Shown here: positions 59,049 to 64,000 of the stretch, piece by piece
Numbering within the stretch: the first letter of the stretch is position 1
How the letters are laid out: every line of letters begins with the position of its first letter
DNA from: a virus
Lineage: Duplodnaviria; Caudoviricetes
DNA: 64,000 nt
Strand: one strand, 5' to 3'
Virus record (IMG/VR): IMGVR_UViG_3300025389_000010
Location: 1-64,000 of that record
Notes under the pieces: generated by a model
The model's input: the letters and a program-made list of their open reading frames with translations, nothing else
Told to the model about the DNA's origin: nothing
The model's database searches: none
Made by a program: the position numbers and the translations under genes

Positions 59049-60560
59049 TTAGAGATAAGCGACCTGACCGTAAGCTCCGCCTTGGAATGCGTTGTTATAG
59101 CCGAGACCCTTAACTATGATGAGGTGGTAGTATAAGTTAGCACCAAAGATATGATCGACAACGCCATAACGGGTCATAAGACCTACTCTTGGAGCAAAGT
59201 CATTAGGACCAACTGTACGTTGAATCATAACTGGGATGTATGGGCAGTATACAATACCTGTGTCATAGTATTCAGATCCTTTATAGCCTAACAATGCATA
59301 TTCAATTGCGTTAGCTCTCTGACCTGCGAGATACTGTGCATCAGTACGGGTGTCACGATAAACTTGGAAACGACCACCGAGTGTTCCAACCTTGGCAATG
59401 CCGGTTGGCTGGGTGTTAACGTTACCGTTTACGGGCATCCACTGATACTCTGGAAGCATTTCGAGAATTGCGCAAACACGTGGTGTAGCGATAATAAAAT
59501 TAGCACTACCTCTACGGTTACGAATTGCGATACGGTTAGCTTCAACGATGATCTTGGAATAGAAATCACGATTTCTTTCTCCGAGCCAACGTGCGTCAGC
59601 TGACTGTGCATACCAGAATGTGTATCCGGGGCCATTGTAGTGATTAGCATCACTTGGACCGCCAGCGTTTAAGCAAACTTGGATCATACGGATAACCATT
59701 TCACGGTCGATTTCGGACTGAATTTCATAGCTCATGGCGTTTGTTAATTCAGAATCGATGTCGAGACCGTTCATGTTCTTAAGATCCTGTTCGAGTTCAA
59801 CAGACCAACGAGCAGCGAGGCGGCGTGTGCCAGCTTCGACAGCTGTTTTGCTGAATTCGACAGTAACCTGTGGGATGTTACCGGTTAATTCAAACTGGGA
59901 GAGAAGGGCGGCTACGCCACCATCAGATCCGACGAAGTCGAAGTCTGAATTGTCTACTCCACTAGCACCGAGACCTGAAAGGGCTGCGGAGCTAGAACCA
60001 GTGAATCTTGTGTCCAAGTATTGATACCCGATTTCGGGGCGTTTACCATTATCAGGTGTGCCGAGTTCTATGCTGCGGTTAATACCGTCAGTGCCAGTGT
60101 ACTGGCTTGCAACAGAACCATCGAGCTTACCGTCAGTGTAACCGAGAGCCGTTGGCTCATAACGATAGCGGAGAGCAAAAGCTAAACCTACTGGTCCACT
60201 CATTGGCTGAACACCGACGATTTCGTTGGTGATGAGTTCGGGGAATGTACGACGTACCATTGGGATAAGAATCTTAGGTAAACGTGCGTCATTCTGTGCA
60301 TATCTGTCACCAGAGAATGCACCAGCAACATTACCTGCTGCTGAACCGAAAACACCTGAACCGCCACCAGAAACGTTAGCTTCTTCAAGACACCATCTCT
60401 CTTGGTTTTCCATGAGAATGGCGGTTGAAAGACGCTGATGTTCGTCTTCGATTGCGGAAACCTTGTCGCTTGAATAATCAAGAACAGGTGCCCACTTCTC
60501 TACTAACTGCTGTGCACGGCTTCTATCGATGTAGCCTGTGGAAGGGTTAACATTTTTCAT
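59049..60560 (-). CDS. gp23: major capsid protein, T4 gp23-like
   Basis: VEKWAPVLD, VGVQPMSGPVGLAFALRYRY, RRLAARWSVELEQDLKNMNGLDIDSEL, YCPYIP, FAPRVGLMTRYG; SD AGGAGG upstream. Confidence 0.97.
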   Translation of the reverse strand: MKNVNPSTGYIDRSRAQQLVEKWAPVLDYSSDKVSAIEDEHQRLSTAILMENQERWCLEEANVSGGGSGVFGSAAGNVAGAFSGDRYAQNDARLPKILIPMVRRTFPELITNEIVGVQPMSGPVGLAFALRYRYEPTALGYTDGKLDGSVASQYTGTDGINRSIELGTPDNGKRPEIGYQYLDTRFTGSSSAALSGLGASGVDNSDFDFVGSDGGVAALLSQFELTGNIPQVTVEFSKTAVEAGTRRLAARWSVELEQDLKNMNGLDIDSELTNAMSYEIQSEIDREMVIRMIQVCLNAGGPSDANHYNGPGYTFWYAQSADARWLGERNRDFYSKIIVEANRIAIRNRRGSANFIIATPRVCAILEMLPEYQWMPVNGNVNTQPTGIAKVGTLGGRFQVYRDTRTDAQYLAGQRANAIEYALLGYKGSEYYDTGIVYCPYIPVMIQRTVGPNDFAPRVGLMTRYGVVDHIFGANLYYHLIIVKGLGYNNAFQGGAYGQVAYL

Positions 60561-60604
60561 ATATATTTGTCCTCCTATTGGATAGAATACAAATTAAAAA
60601 GGAA

Positions 60605-61495
60605 TTACTTCCTCTTTAATTCAGTCAGATATTCGCTGACAACACCGTTGTCAGTACCAACAGTTGAAGATTCAGTGACAACAGAAGTGGCGGGAATCTT
60701 AGCAGTGCGTGTTACGGCTTTCTGCTTTGCTTCTTTTACCAGTTCTGTCGCAGCTTCTTCCTCACTGCGCTCGAACATCTCAACAACGTAGCTAAAGTTC
60801 TCTTGAATATAGGAACTGTCCTTGTCGTTCAATAATTTAAAAATAAAATCTTTTTTGGCGGAAGGCATGCCCTGTGTTTTTTCATTAAGGATTGCCTTTG
60901 ATTCGATTGTTTTGATCTTTTCGAGAAGAACTTCGTTATCTCTATAAGATTCATTGAGCTTTTCTGCAAGCTCATCGATCTTGCCTTTACCTTGGGAGAT
61001 TGTACCCTTGATTGATTCATTGATATGTTCAGGGTCAATTCCGATAAGGTTACGGATTGAATCAAGCTGCTTACGAGCATATGTGTTCGTAACAGCTTCT
61101 GCTAATTGTTCCTTTGGAACTAATTTCTCAAGTGTGATATCAAGGAAATTACTAACTTCATCAATCATCTTGTTTGAAAATTCTTGCGCATTTTCGTTTA
61201 ATGCCTTGCGATAAAAACTTACAAGATTGTTTAATTTGTTTGCGTGATCTTCGTTAATCGCATTAACAACTTTTTCGAGTTTGCCTGTATGATCGACATC
61301 AATAGCCTCTAAAAGATTTTGTAATTTTGTAGCATGATCTTCGTCGATTTTTGAAAGAGCATTTTCAACTTCGAGTTTGAGTCTGGAATCAACTTTTTCG
61401 TTGACTGCTGTTTCAAAAGCTTCGGCAATTGCTGAAGCTTCCTGTTCACTAAGAACATCTTTATCGAATTTTTCTAAAAGAGCTTTGATATTCAT
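60605..61495 (-). CDS. gp22: prohead core scaffolding protein, T4 gp22-like
   Basis: AFETAVNEKV, acidic coiled coil, position just upstream of gp23. Confidence 0.85.
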   Translation of the reverse strand: MNIKALLEKFDKDVLSEQEASAIAEAFETAVNEKVDSRLKLEVENALSKIDEDHATKLQNLLEAIDVDHTGKLEKVVNAINEDHANKLNNLVSFYRKALNENAQEFSNKMIDEVSNFLDITLEKLVPKEQLAEAVTNTYARKQLDSIRNLIGIDPEHINESIKGTISQGKGKIDELAEKLNESYRDNEVLLEKIKTIESKAILNEKTQGMPSAKKDFIFKLLNDKDSSYIQENFSYVVEMFERSEEEAATELVKEAKQKAVTRTAKIPATSVVTESSTVGTDNGVVSEYLTELKRK

Positions 61496-61523
61496 ATTTT
61501 GCTATATAATAACTTATCCTTGT

Positions 61524-61805
61524 TTATTTCCTTTTTGAGGACTTTTTTTTATTTTTTACCATTTCAAGAAAACGCTTTTTGTTTTCTTCTTTAGATAATT
61601 TCTTTTTTGCACCTGCTTTTGCTGGTGTTTTTTCTTTTGTCTTTTTAGCAAAAGGATTTTCCTTTTTTTCTTTTGCTTCGACTAAAGCTGAAACACGTGT
61701 TTTAATCTTGGCTTCAACAATTTCTTTTAATTGTTCGTTAGCTTGTGAATAATTTTTTTCACAAAGATTGGTTAAGAATTTTGAAATGAGTTTACGTATA
61801 TCCAT
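61524..61805 (-). CDS. small prohead core protein candidate (gp67/gp68-like position), Lys-rich C-terminus
   Basis: Between gp21 and gp22; short helical N-terminus. Confidence 0.55.
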   Translation of the reverse strand: MDIRKLISKFLTNLCEKNYSQANEQLKEIVEAKIKTRVSALVEAKEKKENPFAKKTKEKTPAKAGAKKKLSKEENKKRFLEMVKNKKKSSKRK

Positions 61806-61832
61806 AATATTACTTATCTTTATTTATTTCAA

Positions 61833-62501
61833 TTAAACAGATTTAAGAGCATTAATGAATGCTATAATATTTTCTTTCAAATATTGTTTCTTGTTTGTTT
61901 TTGGTAATGATGCTATATTCTTTTCAAATCTTTCATAGAAAGGTTCAAACTTTCCATCATCGGCAAGAACCCATTGTTTGGATTCGAGAATACCATTTAC
62001 AAATGCTGTTGGAACCGAAGGATCGGCAACAACATCAATTGCAACAAGTCTGAAATCACTAACTTTATTATAACCTTTTTCAGCTTCAAGTCTTCCAAGT
62101 GCACGAGAAGAAACACCGAGCTTAACGCCATCTAAAATTAAAGAACGAACAACTTGTCCCATTGGGGTTGAAAGAACTTTTGATTTACCATGAAAAATAT
62201 TTCCATCTTGTTTAAGTTCAGTTACCATGTGACATGCTCTTTCCAAATTAACTTCTGGTGATGTTGGGTGATTAAGTTCACCCGTTGAACGGTTGTTTGC
62301 AATAATTTCTGTTGAATAACGGTTAACCTCTTCTACCATTGTGTCAAGAGGATAAACTCTATTATTTCTGTTAGGCTTTCCACCTAATAAAAAATGTCCT
62401 GATAAAATCAGGCTGGATGGTGAATTTCTGTTTTGCTCATCAATTAAGCATTTGATATCGTAGCTTGGTGATTCAACTAAAAGACTATAAGTATTACTCA
62501 T
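61833..62501 (-). CDS. gp21: prohead core protease, T4 gp21-like
   Basis: NRNNRVYP, GELNHP, LERACH, TPMGQVV, LGVSSRALG, DVVADPSVPTAFVNGILE. Confidence 0.95.
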   Translation of the reverse strand: MSNTYSLLVESPSYDIKCLIDEQNRNSPSSLILSGHFLLGGKPNRNNRVYPLDTMVEEVNRYSTEIIANNRSTGELNHPTSPEVNLERACHMVTELKQDGNIFHGKSKVLSTPMGQVVRSLILDGVKLGVSSRALGRLEAEKGYNKVSDFRLVAIDVVADPSVPTAFVNGILESKQWVLADDGKFEPFYERFEKNIASLPKTNKKQYLKENIIAFINALKSV

Positions 62502-62527
62502 CTTAATATTACTTACACATTACATTA

Positions 62528-62974
62528 TCATTTTAAATGATTTTCATTTAAAATAATGAAAGTATATCCGTTTGTCTTGCACCATGCTCTTGCAGCTTCC
62601 CATTTTTTAGTGTTAACAGCAAACTGATATTTTTCGTATAATATTGTTTTTTGTTTTTTTCTTGATGTTATTTCAGGTGGTCTTGTTTGTCTTTCAGGTT
62701 TTACTTCTATCAATAATTTTTTAATCGTACCGTCTTTTGAATTTAGTTTTGCAACAAGATCAACAAAATAACGATGTATTTTTCCATCAACCGGAGATTG
62801 ATATGGTATAACAACGGATTCTGAACCCCATGTTAAAACATTTGGATTATTATCCAAATATCTAAATGCTTTTAATTCAAGCATTGAACGATATACGATA
62901 GGATATGTGCCTGAATATTTTTTAGGATTTTTTGGACTATATATTCCTTGTGTATATCGTTTATCTTTTTTCAC
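62528..62974 (-). CDS. gp4: head completion nuclease, T4 gp4-like (TnsA-type fold)
   Basis: PKNPKKY, YRSMLE, WGSESVVIPY, HRYFVD, LIEVKP, NTKKWEAA. Confidence 0.9.
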   Translation of the reverse strand: MKKDKRYTQGIYSPKNPKKYSGTYPIVYRSMLELKAFRYLDNNPNVLTWGSESVVIPYQSPVDGKIHRYFVDLVAKLNSKDGTIKKLLIEVKPERQTRPPEITSRKKQKTILYEKYQFAVNTKKWEAARAWCKTNGYTFIILNENHLK

Positions 62975-62976
62975 TT

Positions 62977-63858
62977 TTATCCAAGGAAAAATCTTGTAGG
63001 GTGTCTATCTATCATGTCAGTCTCAAGTTCCTTTTCAAGATCATCTTTTTCTTTTAATCCTTGACTCATCAAGTCTGCTGAATTTACAGTTTGTCCTCCA
63101 AATAAATTTGTACCTTGATATTTTCCTCTAACGTGCGCAATTGCAATTTTAGCTTGAGCTAGTGTGTATCTGTAAACCCAAAGTTGTGATATTAAATCTT
63201 TAATTGGTTTTTGAACTTTGCATCCCAATAAACCATAATATATATTATTATATGTTGGTTCTGGTATAATTTTTAAAATTTGATTATCAGCATCAAAACG
63301 TATATAAGGCATAAGACCTAATAATTTTTCTCTAGTATCTAACCATGTTTTTAACGTCTGCCATGTTATCAAATCATAACCAACATTACCAAGTAAGTGA
63401 CCAAAATAAGCTTGTTGTGCAATTGTATTTTCAATTGTAAACAATGTGTTTACACCTGAATTATTACCTTGATCGAATGAAAACACATCAACGACTCTTC
63501 TGAAATCACCAAGATCATAATCAAAGCATGCACTTAATCCAACAGTTGTAGTATCCGCTGGATTAATTGGGTTATACATGTCAGGTGATGTGCTGAACAT
63601 TCTTGCAATTGGAAGACCAACCTTTGGTATATAAAGATCAGATCTAAAAATAAGGTATTCTTCGGTTTCACCTGCAAACTTTGTAAAGAACTCAAGTGAA
63701 ATATCGATTAATTCGTATATCTGTTCACTGCTTATTTCAATATCAATCAAAGGTGCACCTAAAGTTCTTTTAATTCTTTGTGCTAAATGATCATAAGTTT
63801 TAACCTTTGAATTAAAGGTTACGCTTCCGTGAAATCTGTTTGGTACAACGCTATCCAT
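62977..63858 (-). CDS. gp13: neck/head-tail adaptor protein, T4 gp13-like
   Basis: IKRTLGAPLIDIEIS.EQI; WVYRYTLAQAK..RGKYQGTNLFGGQTVN. Confidence 0.8.
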   Translation of the reverse strand: MDSVVPNRFHGSVTFNSKVKTYDHLAQRIKRTLGAPLIDIEISSEQIYELIDISLEFFTKFAGETEEYLIFRSDLYIPKVGLPIARMFSTSPDMYNPINPADTTTVGLSACFDYDLGDFRRVVDVFSFDQGNNSGVNTLFTIENTIAQQAYFGHLLGNVGYDLITWQTLKTWLDTREKLLGLMPYIRFDADNQILKIIPEPTYNNIYYGLLGCKVQKPIKDLISQLWVYRYTLAQAKIAIAHVRGKYQGTNLFGGQTVNSADLMSQGLKEKDDLEKELETDMIDRHPTRFFLG

Positions 63859-63914
63859 CGATTATACTTATCATTATAGATTTGACTTTAACTGATATTA
63901 TTATAATATAGTGT

Positions 63915-64000
63915 ATGAACTTTGACCAAGATATCGTTTCAGTAAAAAATAAAGATTTAAGTCCAGATGTAAATGAAATTACCGAAGATGTACAAGTTAC
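63915..64000 (+). CDS. 5' end of an ORF (MNFDQDIVSVKNK...), cut by the window edge
   Basis: Open frame to the window end; TTGACT and TATAAT boxes just upstream. Confidence 0.5.
   Translation, partial: MNFDQDIVSVKNKDLSPDVNEITEDVQV

Noticed and set aside
59364-61214. Alternative-frame ORFs inside gp23 and gp22
   Set aside because: Expected in higher-GC, codon-biased genes; no independent start signals or motifs.
62528-62974. TnsA-like nuclease as a transposon or homing endonuclease
   Set aside because: Motifs and position match T4 gp4 head completion protein; no terminal repeats or insertion signs.
1-64000. Stop-codon reassignment, tRNA genes, introns or inteins
   Set aside because: Long genes and conserved core proteins are intact under the standard code at normal lengths; no cloverleaf with T-loop and CCA was seen by eye (a tRNAscan run would settle it).

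Overview
AT-rich segment of a large T4-like tailed phage (myovirus-type), mostly coded on the minus strand. 1-7.9 kb is an early/accessory region of small ORFs. Many are driven by their own sigma70-type promoter, six of them copies of one 39-bp repeat, with the ATG 6 nt after the -10 box (predicted leaderless mRNAs). It also holds a 109-nt structured intergenic element and a Ro60/TROVE-like (DUF2828-type) gene coupled to a HAD hydrolase, preceded by three tandem stem-closed RNA units sharing a CAGCAA motif. 8-12.6 kb is a large vWA-containing protein. 12.6-21.2 kb is a contiguous glycosyltransferase cluster (methyltransferase-HtrL-GT fusion, GT7C-like, HtrL-like, GT10, GT2, GT47+GT2, GT60/Gnt1-like). 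21-54 kb encodes very large putative tail/fibre proteins, two with mucin-like Thr/Pro stalks. 54-64 kb holds T4-like core genes: gp6, gp25, clamp loader gp44, probable gp16, gp23, gp22, gp21, gp4 and gp13. The best candidates for undescribed systems are (i) the CAGCAA RNA array with its Ro60-like/HAD operon, (ii) phage-encoded mucin-type O-glycosylation of virion proteins, and (iii) a promoter-cassette array within a largely leaderless expression programme. All family assignments are from motif recognition by eye; no database searches were run.
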